Sequence record: LC765218.1
DNA: 64,000 bases
Reading direction: 5' to 3' (one strand)
The notes beneath the pieces are model-generated. The model searched no databases and was not told the origin of the DNA. It worked only from the letters and a program-made list of their open reading frames with translations. Positions 27,273 to 36,989 of the stretch are shown here, piece by piece (the first letter of the stretch is position 1; the number at the start of each line of letters is the position of its first letter). Position numbers and translations under genes: made by a program.

Positions 27273-27641
27273 TCAATACCCTTTATTCAAGAGTTCTGCT
27301 AAAGCGCGTGCTTGTGAGATATTAGTCGATGCAAAGACATCAGAAAGATATCCTTCGTTTGCTTCAGCTCCTTTACGAAGTTCTTTCATCAGGTCAGGAT
27401 TCGCCTTTGCCCATGTTTCCCATAGAGCTAAATATGCATCCCATGAGTTTATAGGACTCAACGGAGGCTTGCCTTTACCGAGCTTCCAATTAGTACCACC
27501 AACATCATAACCTTTAACATCGCATTGGTAGTGCATCTCAATAGTTCGGCCATCGGGCATTACAGCATTTAAGGCGGAGAACCTTTTATCGCCAACGGAG
27601 GAACATTCGTATCCTCCGCGACGTTTCCATCGATATATCAC
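27273..27641 (-). CDS. NADAR-superfamily-like protein (candidate ADP-ribosyl-guanine hydrolase)
   Basis: ECSS..DKRFSALNA...TIEMHYQ..K pattern matches the NADAR E-x-S / FS-x-F / T-x-EHYYQ-x-K signature. Overlaps the DNA polymerase stop codon (ATGA). Confidence 0.5.
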   Translation of the reverse strand: MIYRWKRRGGYECSSVGDKRFSALNAVMPDGRTIEMHYQCDVKGYDVGGTNWKLGKGKPPLSPINSWDAYLALWETWAKANPDLMKELRKGAEANEGYLSDVFASTNISQARALAELLNKGY

Positions 27642-29581
27642 TTTGGGGAGTTAGCCTTCTTATCCAAATAAAGCTTCAGCATCTCATCCAGCTTCGGAGC
27701 CTTCATGATTTTCTGACAGATCTCAATGGCATTAACACGTCCACCTGTCAAGTTCACACCTACTTCTCGACGATGATGTTCGGAGATATCTTTCATCATG
27801 GAGAATTCCATGACAGTTGTTTCCCGAGCGATATTGAGAATCTGACTAACGTTCGGATAAGTCGAAACGATGTCAAGGTCAGCTACGTGACTAAAGATCA
27901 AAGTCTTGTAATCAGGTAAGTCCTTAACACACTTCAACCCATTTGGACCAGCCATATAGGACGGCAGTGTAACAATCCAGCTATCATGACCTACAACGTA
28001 TTGATCTAGCTCGTGAACCATCTGGTCGGAGCTAGTGCCAATTACGCATGGCTCAGGACGGTTCAGATACCAGAAGTGCATGTCATCACAGAGACGCTTC
28101 GGGTTAGAGCTGAAGTTCTTATAGTCAGAAGACTTAGAGAACAGAGTAATCGAACTAGCAAGGTCGTTGATCTTTTCATCCAGTTGTTCCAGACGAATGG
28201 AGTCAATGATGTTGTAAAGACCATAACGAACCTTGTGGTTCTTCTGCATCTCAATGTGCCATTCGATACCACCAAGGTGATCAGTTTCAGCAAACTTAAG
28301 TTTACCAAAGTTCATTGTGTAACGAACATGGTTACCTAGGTGCACAGTTTCACCCCAAGTGAAATGCTCTACCGGTGTCCAATCATCCTCTTTACCGCTA
28401 TAGTTAACAAACAGATACGGATAACTACCAGGACGTTCTACCAGAAGTTTATCAAGACTCTTCTTGAATTTAATCAGATCTTCTTCACCAAGAATCTCTG
28501 TCTCTTCATCAACGTTTAGCTCCTTCTTAAGAATATAGTCGAGAGCATACGAAGGCTCTTTACCTTTAGCAAGACGAGTTACCCGATACGTAGACATCGC
28601 ATCAATGGGTTGGAAAGAGGCAGGACATGTAATCCAATGCCACTGATCTTCAGGTCCCTTAGATTTAGTAACACCAGAAGCGGTAGTTGTCATCGCCTGG
28701 TCTTGGCGGAAATGGAAATACTTGTAATTATTAGGAACAGACGGATCGCTAAATACAAGTGCCGGATCAACTCCTGCATCTTCCAGGGTCTTCAAGATTC
28801 GACTCATGTCGAAGCTGATGTTCCAGAAAGAGAAGAAGTCTGGTTTCCATTCGTGTAGCCGCTTAATACAGTTAATGACAATGTGAACTGGTTGATCAAC
28901 CACTTCGATTTCTATTTTAAGATTACGGCCATTACGAAGTGCAACCAATTCAGGAATACGTTCTAGTTCCTCGAACGTTTCTTTCACGGGGTCTTTAAGA
29001 TCACTAACCCAATGTTTAAGATAGGCAAGATAAACGTTTTCTTTATGGCTTACGGACATACAGATAATCTGTCCGTCTTTTCCATCTTCGTAAACGTTGG
29101 TCTCAATATCACCACCTGCTACCGTGTTACGAGAAATGAGATCAGGTGCAGCAGTTCGATAATCGTTCTTCAAGCAGCATACAGAACTAACGTCCGCACC
29201 ATACAGGTAAGGACTTCGACTCAGTTGACGAAGCCTAGGGTTAGGTCCCATGCTGTAATCACCCAGAGCTTTAGCAATCGCATGCGGCATGTTAATCTGG
29301 GTAGACTTACGTTTAATAAGCTTACTAGCGTACTCATAGTCTTTCTTCTCATGATAAGTACGCTGGCTTTCTTTTTTATTTGCTTCAGGATCCAGCCACC
29401 ATGGCCGTTCATAATCCTCAATAAACCTCAGTCGTGGAATCCTGCGTTTATCTTTAAGATGCACGACTTCTTTAACAACATGTAAGTCATGCTTACGGTG
29501 ATTCCTATCGGTGACGTATGTAATATGTTTAGCCTCGACACCGATTACATCTTCTTTACTGAAAGAAATATTATCACTCAT
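27638..29581 (-). CDS. Family-B DNA polymerase, exonuclease plus motif-A part of a split enzyme (phiKZ gp82-like)
   Basis: ExoI GDIET, ExoII WNISFD, KEPSYALDYIL, ExoIII YNIIDS, motif A DLDIVSTYPN; motifs B and C are absent. Confidence 0.88.
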   Translation of the reverse strand: MSDNISFSKEDVIGVEAKHITYVTDRNHRKHDLHVVKEVVHLKDKRRIPRLRFIEDYERPWWLDPEANKKESQRTYHEKKDYEYASKLIKRKSTQINMPHAIAKALGDYSMGPNPRLRQLSRSPYLYGADVSSVCCLKNDYRTAAPDLISRNTVAGGDIETNVYEDGKDGQIICMSVSHKENVYLAYLKHWVSDLKDPVKETFEELERIPELVALRNGRNLKIEIEVVDQPVHIVINCIKRLHEWKPDFFSFWNISFDMSRILKTLEDAGVDPALVFSDPSVPNNYKYFHFRQDQAMTTTASGVTKSKGPEDQWHWITCPASFQPIDAMSTYRVTRLAKGKEPSYALDYILKKELNVDEETEILGEEDLIKFKKSLDKLLVERPGSYPYLFVNYSGKEDDWTPVEHFTWGETVHLGNHVRYTMNFGKLKFAETDHLGGIEWHIEMQKNHKVRYGLYNIIDSIRLEQLDEKINDLASSITLFSKSSDYKNFSSNPKRLCDDMHFWYLNRPEPCVIGTSSDQMVHELDQYVVGHDSWIVTLPSYMAGPNGLKCVKDLPDYKTLIFSHVADLDIVSTYPNVSQILNIARETTVMEFSMMKDISEHHRREVGVNLTGGRVNAIEICQKIMKAPKLDEMLKLYLDKKANSPK

Positions 29582-29689
29582 TTTTGAGCTTCCTTTTTAA
29601 AACTTAAATCACGTAGTATTAATCACCAGAGTAATCTCTCATTCGAGCTTTACTTTATGATTAATAAAACTGACGAGTAGGCCACTCTC

Positions 29690-30937
29690 ATGTATAACCG
29701 ATACACTATCTCTCAAGAGATGTTAGTAGTTGGAGCTAAATCCAACATTGGACCGATCACTGAAAAATACGTTACTCTTATCAGAGAAGCGTATAAAAAG
29801 GACAAGATCATTCCCGTTAGTTTGTTTACTGATTTTGCAAAAGAATTAAAAGTTGAAACCGGTATTAATTACGAGTTTACTGTCAGTGGTGACTCCGGAT
29901 TAGACGCCGGCGTTAGCCTAGAAATGATGGCGTTGGGTCATAGCGGTACTTGGTATAATGCACATAAGTGGCTTCGAGCAGAGAACAGCTATAACGATCC
30001 GCGGAAACTTGAAACCATTATCGATGTTAAGAACGTTCGTGTTAAAGGTGGTCTCGCCGATGAACTGAAGTTTAAGATGTATATCTCTCTTGGGTTCATT
30101 AGTGAGAAACTAGGTTTCACCATTCGTGAAGTAACTGCTGCTCTTGTTCACGAAATAGGACACACCTTTAACGTCTTTATGTACATGGGCGACTACGTAT
30201 GGCTTAACTATTATCTTACAGATGGAATTGAAATTCTACAAGGTAAGAAAAACAACGTATTCAAGCTTGAGGTTCTCACCGATAAATGGTTGAAGGAAAA
30301 CCTTAAAGAAGAAGAATACCAGGCCTACATTAATGACCGCTCTGATATCGGTAACGTTCGCCGTGCTATTCTATCTGCTTATAAAAAGGCACCACGACAC
30401 CATTTGATGAATAACCCCGTTACAGCAATGCGACGTGAAGAGCAGATGGCAGATATGTTTGCCTCTCGTTTGGGTTATGGTCGTGATCTAGCGACATGCC
30501 TCCATAAGTTCGATAAATACTACGGAATGGAGTACCAAGAGTCTGGGTACATCATGTTGATTATCCATGCCTTGGCCATGCTTTGGTTCTCACCATTAGT
30601 CATGTTGGTTATTCTTACAAATAGCGAAGTAGATGAATTCAATTTCTCTGCACGTTACGATGACCCACGTGAACGAATCATGAAAGTCCGTCGAGATCTT
30701 ATTGCTCAACTACGTAGAACTGATACAGTTAAAGATAAAGCTTCGATGAGTGATGATGTTAAAGCTATCGATGACATTATTCGAGACTTTTCTAATAACC
30801 GTAATTTGTTCGATACCGTCCTAGAATTCTTCCGTCCAGCTCGTCGTAAAGAAACTCAGTATAAACGAACTGAAGAGAATCTTGAGACATTGCTGAACAA
30901 TGATTTGTTCTTACAAGCTTTCCGCTTAACTCAATAA
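29690..30937 (+). CDS. Virion-associated zincin-like metallopeptidase-domain protein
   Basis: ALVHEIGHTF (HExxH) plus EEQMADMFA; hydrophobic segment near the C-terminus. Confidence 0.6.
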   Translation: MYNRYTISQEMLVVGAKSNIGPITEKYVTLIREAYKKDKIIPVSLFTDFAKELKVETGINYEFTVSGDSGLDAGVSLEMMALGHSGTWYNAHKWLRAENSYNDPRKLETIIDVKNVRVKGGLADELKFKMYISLGFISEKLGFTIREVTAALVHEIGHTFNVFMYMGDYVWLNYYLTDGIEILQGKKNNVFKLEVLTDKWLKENLKEEEYQAYINDRSDIGNVRRAILSAYKKAPRHHLMNNPVTAMRREEQMADMFASRLGYGRDLATCLHKFDKYYGMEYQESGYIMLIIHALAMLWFSPLVMLVILTNSEVDEFNFSARYDDPRERIMKVRRDLIAQLRRTDTVKDKASMSDDVKAIDDIIRDFSNNRNLFDTVLEFFRPARRKETQYKRTEENLETLLNNDLFLQAFRLTQ

Positions 30938-30952
30938 ACAAGGTAGACCGAA

Positions 30953-31393
30953 ATGCGTACTGGTTTTGAAATTGCCCGTATCCTGAAAGAAATTAAATCC
31001 CCGACCAACAATGATCGTCAAGCTCGCGCCATGTTTGTAGCTAACGCTGTTGGTTTCTTTGTCCAGCTTGATCCATCTCTTTCTTGTGAAGAGTTGATTG
31101 ATGCACACATGCCTATGTTGAAGAAGGTAGCTGGCCAGGTTAACGAGAATATTGCTCTCGACCTGAATCTGACTCGTGAACTCTTTAAACAAGTCATCCG
31201 TATCCGATTGGAACTGATTAACTGTGTTAGCGATCCAGCTATCATTGAAGCTGCAATGAAATCCGTTACAGCAGAAGATTATCAGACAATCGATGAAACC
31301 GCTACCGCTAACATGCTTGCCAGTCGTTTTGATTTCGCTAAGAGTCAAAATGCTATAGCCAGTGTTCTGCGTCAGCTTGAAGTAGAAGGCTAA
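30953..31393 (+). CDS. Conserved hypothetical protein
   Basis: 146 aa with AAGG SD. Confidence 0.7.
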   Translation: MRTGFEIARILKEIKSPTNNDRQARAMFVANAVGFFVQLDPSLSCEELIDAHMPMLKKVAGQVNENIALDLNLTRELFKQVIRIRLELINCVSDPAIIEAAMKSVTAEDYQTIDETATANMLASRFDFAKSQNAIASVLRQLEVEG

Positions 31394-31410
31394 TTCAGGG
31401 AGGGGTCGTC

Positions 31411-31713
31411 ATGATCGACCATACCCATGATGACTTAGTTCACCCGCGTATTACAAAAGCATACGCAAAGTCATTAATCGTAAAAGAGAAGATCATCTCT
31501 GACCCTGAAATGTTGGTGACAGTCTGCATTACTAAATTACGTAATGGCCATCGGATTGTCACCGATGCAATTGTAGCGAATAAAGCAGCATTTGATTCTA
31601 AGCGTGGAGTTGTAGTAGCCAGGCGAAAAGCAATTGAAGAAATTATTCGTTTAGAATTGTACCTCTTACGTGACAAGCTTTACGAGCATTCTAAAGGTAA
31701 TGAAAATGCATGA
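31411..31713 (+). CDS. N4 Gp49/Sf6 gp66-family phage protein
   Basis: TVCITKLRNGHRIV..A....AFD...G...A...A.EEI..LE.YLL matches the family pattern. Confidence 0.65.
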   Translation: MIDHTHDDLVHPRITKAYAKSLIVKEKIISDPEMLVTVCITKLRNGHRIVTDAIVANKAAFDSKRGVVVARRKAIEEIIRLELYLLRDKLYEHSKGNENA

Positions 31714-32944
31714 ACACGATAACGTTCTTATTGAAGGACAACGACAGTTAGGTGAAGAGCTTGAAGCAGCTCCCGTCCGTGGAGTTCAGCTCGATCCAAA
31801 TCTGCAAGAAAAGCTACATGCTGCATTGGAGCATATTAGCACGCTAGACGATCTACGTTCTACTATCCGTGCCGAAGGTGTTAGTTCGCATGATATCACA
31901 GCTCTTCGTGGTATCCATAGTTCCATGGAAGCTATTGGTTTGAATGTGCCAGTACTACCATCTCTGGAAAACTATAACGCTCTATTCACGCCCACACGTA
32001 CTAGCTTGAATCTAAAGGTTTCTAATGAAGCTATTGGTTCGGCTATTATGGCTACCATTAAAGAATGGTTCCATGTACTGGTTGACTTTATTGTAAAGAC
32101 AATCCGTTGGGTTAAGTCAGTTGAGATGAATGACGAAGTGATCCAAGGTAGGATCGTTTCTATTAACGAAAAAATCGTTAAATTAGAATCCAACTGGAAA
32201 GAGATGCAAGCTTTGAACCGTTTGGGTAATCGTAATCTTGATCGTAAGTATTACGAAGCTGCCGAAGTGGTTCTACTTGATCCTAAGCTACCCCGCTCCG
32301 ATATCGGCCTGTTGGCTTTTGGTGTAGATGATGATCTTCGTCGAATCCGAAATATCCAACAAGAAGCACAAAAATTTGGTGCACAACTGCTGGAGCAAAT
32401 TCGACAGCTTCGTCAAGTAATGGACCGCTCTCGTTTAGAACTTGGCTTTGAATCTCATATTGGACCACGACTACAGTCTCTGGCAGAAACGCTGAAGAAC
32501 ATGGATAGTCAGTCTGACGATCCTAACTTCTATATCAAACACAAACGAGTTGGTATTCGTTTCTTTGAAGATACTAAACGCATGTTAAAGCGTGAGCCAA
32601 TTACATATAAGTTCATCTATGAGCTCTATGGTAAATGTGCAGACGAACTGCGTAAAGTGAATCGATTTGATCTAGAAGAATCTGTTGTACCACTTCCTAA
32701 ACTTCAGGCTGTTATTGCCAACGTTAACGCTGGTATTGAAGCACTGAATGACATGGTTAAGGTATTCAGCCGTATTCCTCTTTATCAGTACAAAGCTGGT
32801 GCAACATATGCCAACTTCTTCATCAAGGCGCACGACATCGTTCGTGAGGATTTCTATGCTCATGTCGCAAGTGACGTAGCTAATGCCGCCTGGGATAAAC
32901 TGATTAAGCGTTTTGAAGATATCAAACGTGAGCTTGGTATTTGA
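31706..32944 (+). CDS. Inner-head protein paralogue with cleavable propeptide
   Basis: PSLENY, SNEAIG and WFHVLVDFIVK segments shared with the 41-51 kb paralogues. Start refined from 31670. Confidence 0.65.
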   Translation: MHEHDNVLIEGQRQLGEELEAAPVRGVQLDPNLQEKLHAALEHISTLDDLRSTIRAEGVSSHDITALRGIHSSMEAIGLNVPVLPSLENYNALFTPTRTSLNLKVSNEAIGSAIMATIKEWFHVLVDFIVKTIRWVKSVEMNDEVIQGRIVSINEKIVKLESNWKEMQALNRLGNRNLDRKYYEAAEVVLLDPKLPRSDIGLLAFGVDDDLRRIRNIQQEAQKFGAQLLEQIRQLRQVMDRSRLELGFESHIGPRLQSLAETLKNMDSQSDDPNFYIKHKRVGIRFFEDTKRMLKREPITYKFIYELYGKCADELRKVNRFDLEESVVPLPKLQAVIANVNAGIEALNDMVKVFSRIPLYQYKAGATYANFFIKAHDIVREDFYAHVASDVANAAWDKLIKRFEDIKRELGI

Positions 32945-32946
32945 CA

Positions 32947-32979
32947 ACATAAAGCCCGGCATTGAGCCGGGCTTTATGT
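32947..32979. terminator. Bidirectional terminator
   Basis: ACATAAAGCCCGGC-ATTGA-GCCGGGCTTTATGT, a perfect 14-bp inverted repeat. Confidence 0.9.
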
Positions 32980-32982
32980 CGT

Positions 32983-35898
32983 TTAGTTATTCAGTACTTC
33001 GTGTTTAAGGAAGTTGAATTGAACGTCGTCTTCTACAGTTAACTCTTGGTTAGCAAGAACAACAAGCTTCTTACGAATCGCGAGGCGAACAGCATCATCT
33101 TCAACTGTAAGAATGGCGTAGTTATTAGTGCCACCCAAACCGAATACCTCAAGTGCCTGTACCCCGTCACCAGACGTCGCTTCAAGTTGAGCAACTGTAT
33201 CAGACATCGATACAGTCTTACGACTGATGTATTCATTAAGTACAGACTTACCGTTAGCCATAAGGCTAGGTCGAATTGTAGTATTGGTATATTCAGCTGG
33301 TTTCAGATAGAAACTAAGAGTGAATGCTTGATCGACGGAGATGGTAGCTTTCTGACCTTCACGTACGGTAACAGTAGTATCACCATAAGTGGTAGTCGGA
33401 TAGAGATACATCTCACACATTTCAAGTAACTGTGCATCGAGGATACTGATGTCATTCTCAAGCCATGTAACGAATTCCATCGGAATTTCGACTTTGTAGT
33501 CAAGTGCCGATTTTTCATTGGCAAAGTAGAATAGTCCATCAACCATCATTAAAGTAATTTCACGTAGACGCTTACGCGGTGCAACCAAAATAGGTTTACC
33601 GTTTGAGTCTAACATTACATCGCCTTTCTGGTGCTTGCGAACCTGATTACCTTGTGCATCCAATACCGGATCACCTTTACGATGAAGTATCTCATAATCG
33701 AGAGTACCATCAGGTTTAATCGTTACAATGATGTTACCTGCTTCATCGCGTTTATATTCGTTTTCCTCATAGAACCACATTACATCATGTTCCCAGTGCT
33801 GATAAGACTCATCACCAAGTACAGTACGACTACGTCGCCACATTTTGGTCATGTCATAACCAAGTGTTGTAACTAGACGTTCACGGTTGACAACCATGAA
33901 TTGTTGTGGCAATAGGTGGGCTTGAACCATTTCATCGATCTGGTTAGGTTGATAACCAGGTGTACTCGTATTAACAACAAGGATAGTGATATCAAACATG
34001 TTATTTAGAGTACTCGCGAAATTGTTTTGCACCTCGGAGAACATCGACATGTTAGTCGTGTAGAGCTCGTTCTTGGAATTGATGTCATGATTAGTTTTGA
34101 TATCAAAAGTAAATACGCGCTCACCGTCTTCGATACCAATGAACTTACCATTAACAGAAGCCCAGCGTACTTCACCAGCTGGCTGATAGCCAATTTGAAG
34201 TACAACTTGTTCATCAGCTAGTTTCTTGAACTGCTCACCAGATTCTAAACGAACTGTAATTCGATAACCTTCATCCGTTTTAACTATATCAAAGACATCG
34301 ATAGCAGCTTGTAAATTAGCTGTGTCGTTCTCACCAACAAAAATCTTTTCGGTGATTGTTGGATTGTCTAAATAGTAGGGACGAACCTCAAAATTCTCAC
34401 GCGATGCATCTAGTACGTTATGGAAAGGAGAATACACGTAACGGCCATTGTTCATCTCACGTGCAATCTGTTCGGCAGTGCTGCCTTTTAGACGAGCAAT
34501 CTCAGCATCAGCAACGGTGTTAACACGACCATTATTGAACGTGTAGAGCATACTAGGTTTGATCGTTAATCGATCACCATTGTCCGCTACATGTATAGAG
34601 CCCGCCAAAGACTCCATATCGACTTTAAGTTGCGACATGGCTACACCAGCACCAGAAATAACATCAAGCGACCTCGGAGCTCCTAGACGCCTTGAAGCGA
34701 GGAACTGTCTATTCGTAATGTTATCGATATTGGATACGAGTGTATAACCACGCCGATTAACAGCGTCAGTAATTTGAACGTTAGTAATAGGTACTTGGTT
34801 TGCACCGAGTGTATTATTAATAACCTGATTACGGAGTACGTTAAAATCAACCGAATTCGCACCTCCTTCTACTCGACCACGTGCCAGAGATTGAATGAGG
34901 TTAAACGTTGTCAATGGAGACACATACGAGCTATCGTCATCAATAGAGTTCAGATAGAACTTAAACTGGTTTGCTTTATAAGCACCTAGATCGCGATCCA
35001 TCTTTCCTTGGGTAGTATAGATATCGATACGGATATCACCCTGTGCCATTCGTGTGTTTGTATAGATAGTTGGAATACTCACTTGGAGTTTATTACCAAT
35101 AACTTTAAACACAACGGTCAGTTCCATTGGGTCATAGACTAAAGCCGAGTGAGTCGTTTTAAGTTCCACCCAATTATCATCTTCAGTACGGCTGATGTAC
35201 GCCCGCGCATAGAAGAACTGATCGGTGAATGTATACGATTCTTGGAAAAGACTAGATGGGTTAAGAGATTCGGTATGTGTCTTTACTGCGAACTGATAGA
35301 CCGGGATGCTAAGAGAAATAACCTTACGTCGATCAATGACGAGCATAGACCATGGTACAATGTTCGTCGATAGGGTTTCCACAGGTGACTTTTTATCGAG
35401 GACATATTCGATAGTAATACCACCGTGACGCATAACCCGAATTTCAATTGGGTACTGCATCGTGAATTTAATACCAGCTGCATCAAATTCCGTTAAGCGC
35501 GGTATAACTAGTTTCTTGATACCTGTATCTCCGACGGCCACTGCTTTAGCAATAACTTCATCGTAGGCAATCAAGAAATTGAAGGTTGTTCTAGCAGGAG
35601 AAGCAAAGCGTCCAATATAGTCATCATCTGACATGTGTTTATAGAGCTCTTCACTACCCAGCGAAAGACGTGGATACAGCTGACGTCCCAATGCCTCCAT
35701 TTCACCAATTGCCATCGCGGTTTCCATGGAACCGATCTCAAGCGAGAATACAAAAGGGATAGATGCATCTGGAATATCAGCAATGACGGCTCCATTACTA
35801 GAGCCGTTCATTTGTGTATCCAGTTCATTAAGAGCGATGGTTTGCATCAACGCTGGATTACGTCGAGCACTATACATCCGTTCTTTAAACTGACTCAT
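32983..35898 (-). CDS. Large baseplate structural protein (T4 gp6/wedge-like; phiKZ gp87-like)
   Basis: 971 aa, beta-rich, syntenic position, GAGG SD. Confidence 0.6.
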   Translation of the reverse strand: MSQFKERMYSARRNPALMQTIALNELDTQMNGSSNGAVIADIPDASIPFVFSLEIGSMETAMAIGEMEALGRQLYPRLSLGSEELYKHMSDDDYIGRFASPARTTFNFLIAYDEVIAKAVAVGDTGIKKLVIPRLTEFDAAGIKFTMQYPIEIRVMRHGGITIEYVLDKKSPVETLSTNIVPWSMLVIDRRKVISLSIPVYQFAVKTHTESLNPSSLFQESYTFTDQFFYARAYISRTEDDNWVELKTTHSALVYDPMELTVVFKVIGNKLQVSIPTIYTNTRMAQGDIRIDIYTTQGKMDRDLGAYKANQFKFYLNSIDDDSSYVSPLTTFNLIQSLARGRVEGGANSVDFNVLRNQVINNTLGANQVPITNVQITDAVNRRGYTLVSNIDNITNRQFLASRRLGAPRSLDVISGAGVAMSQLKVDMESLAGSIHVADNGDRLTIKPSMLYTFNNGRVNTVADAEIARLKGSTAEQIAREMNNGRYVYSPFHNVLDASRENFEVRPYYLDNPTITEKIFVGENDTANLQAAIDVFDIVKTDEGYRITVRLESGEQFKKLADEQVVLQIGYQPAGEVRWASVNGKFIGIEDGERVFTFDIKTNHDINSKNELYTTNMSMFSEVQNNFASTLNNMFDITILVVNTSTPGYQPNQIDEMVQAHLLPQQFMVVNRERLVTTLGYDMTKMWRRSRTVLGDESYQHWEHDVMWFYEENEYKRDEAGNIIVTIKPDGTLDYEILHRKGDPVLDAQGNQVRKHQKGDVMLDSNGKPILVAPRKRLREITLMMVDGLFYFANEKSALDYKVEIPMEFVTWLENDISILDAQLLEMCEMYLYPTTTYGDTTVTVREGQKATISVDQAFTLSFYLKPAEYTNTTIRPSLMANGKSVLNEYISRKTVSMSDTVAQLEATSGDGVQALEVFGLGGTNNYAILTVEDDAVRLAIRKKLVVLANQELTVEDDVQFNFLKHEVLNN

Positions 35899-35908
35899 TA
35901 AAATTTCC

Positions 35909-36952
35909 TCAACTTGGATTGTATCCGCGTGTTAGGTTACCGCCGGCCATTTGGTCGTAGATAGACTTAGGTACGTGCCATTCTAATTCCATATTCGCAC
36001 TATTAATGTACGGGTAGGCCTGGAAGTTAAACCATTTCTTTTCATGCTGTCGTAACTTTTGTGTCAAACGCCCACGGTTGTTATCTCGCATCAGCGGGTT
36101 AAATGTTTCAACAAGATCATTAAACTCATAGATCAAGATATGATCGTAAATTGTCATTCCCATGCAACGGAAACTAAAGTTGAGTTGATCACTTGCAGTT
36201 TGGAACGGTGTCTCTGCTCCATCACCAGTAAAGTTAATAATTTGACCAGTTGGAGCATTCATTGGTAAAGCAGCACCACATGCAGCAATACGGGTTACAA
36301 ATGTTTTAGTGGAGTCCATTACCAGGCGATAGATACGCGTGTTGGCATCGTATTCATTAAGCATCAATAAATCGGGATAGGGTAGGATACGACCTTCTCT
36401 ATTAAGTCCCATATAGACTAGCCAGATCTTGAACATCCATGTTATAGGATCTCCAGCAATATTGCGGAATGTCGCCTGTAAATCGTAGGTGTTGTACTGA
36501 TATGGCACGTCGTCCACATAGGACATTACGTCACGGTAAACACCGGGTGTTGTGGTACCGAGATTAATAGTAAAATCTTCCCAACCAGTAAGACTAATCA
36601 AGTTGTTACTAAGAAGGGGGATAAACGGGTTAAGAGGATCTACTCCACCGCACCATGCTGTGCCACCTTCACTATGTGCTCTCGGATCCAAATATGCCCT
36701 AACCATACGCTCGATACTCTGTGGGTTAGGATTCAGGATCATGGACAGTCGCCTGTCCACCATGCAGTTATCTTCAGCCAGGTTCAGTAATGGACGGGTA
36801 AAGAAAGTATAACCATGGTTTTCTGTATTTAACGAAATCGCATTGTTACGACCTGTGATGTTCAGGCCTTTGAATGAATCTTCAATGGAACGATCACGCG
36901 GCGACATCCCAATGTTTTGTGTAATTTGCGTTAGATAATCACTTAATGCCAT
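35909..36952 (-). CDS. Tail-tube-initiator/baseplate protein (phiKZ gp88-like)
   Basis: 347 aa with a tube-fold-like pattern (YTFFTRP.LNL; FRNIAGD; A.P.NAPTG; F.F). Confidence 0.55.
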   Translation of the reverse strand: MALSDYLTQITQNIGMSPRDRSIEDSFKGLNITGRNNAISLNTENHGYTFFTRPLLNLAEDNCMVDRRLSMILNPNPQSIERMVRAYLDPRAHSEGGTAWCGGVDPLNPFIPLLSNNLISLTGWEDFTINLGTTTPGVYRDVMSYVDDVPYQYNTYDLQATFRNIAGDPITWMFKIWLVYMGLNREGRILPYPDLLMLNEYDANTRIYRLVMDSTKTFVTRIAACGAALPMNAPTGQIINFTGDGAETPFQTASDQLNFSFRCMGMTIYDHILIYEFNDLVETFNPLMRDNNRGRLTQKLRQHEKKWFNFQAYPYINSANMELEWHVPKSIYDQMAGGNLTRGYNPS

Positions 36953-36989
36953 TTTTCAAATCTCTGTGAACAAATGAAGGAAGAGAACG

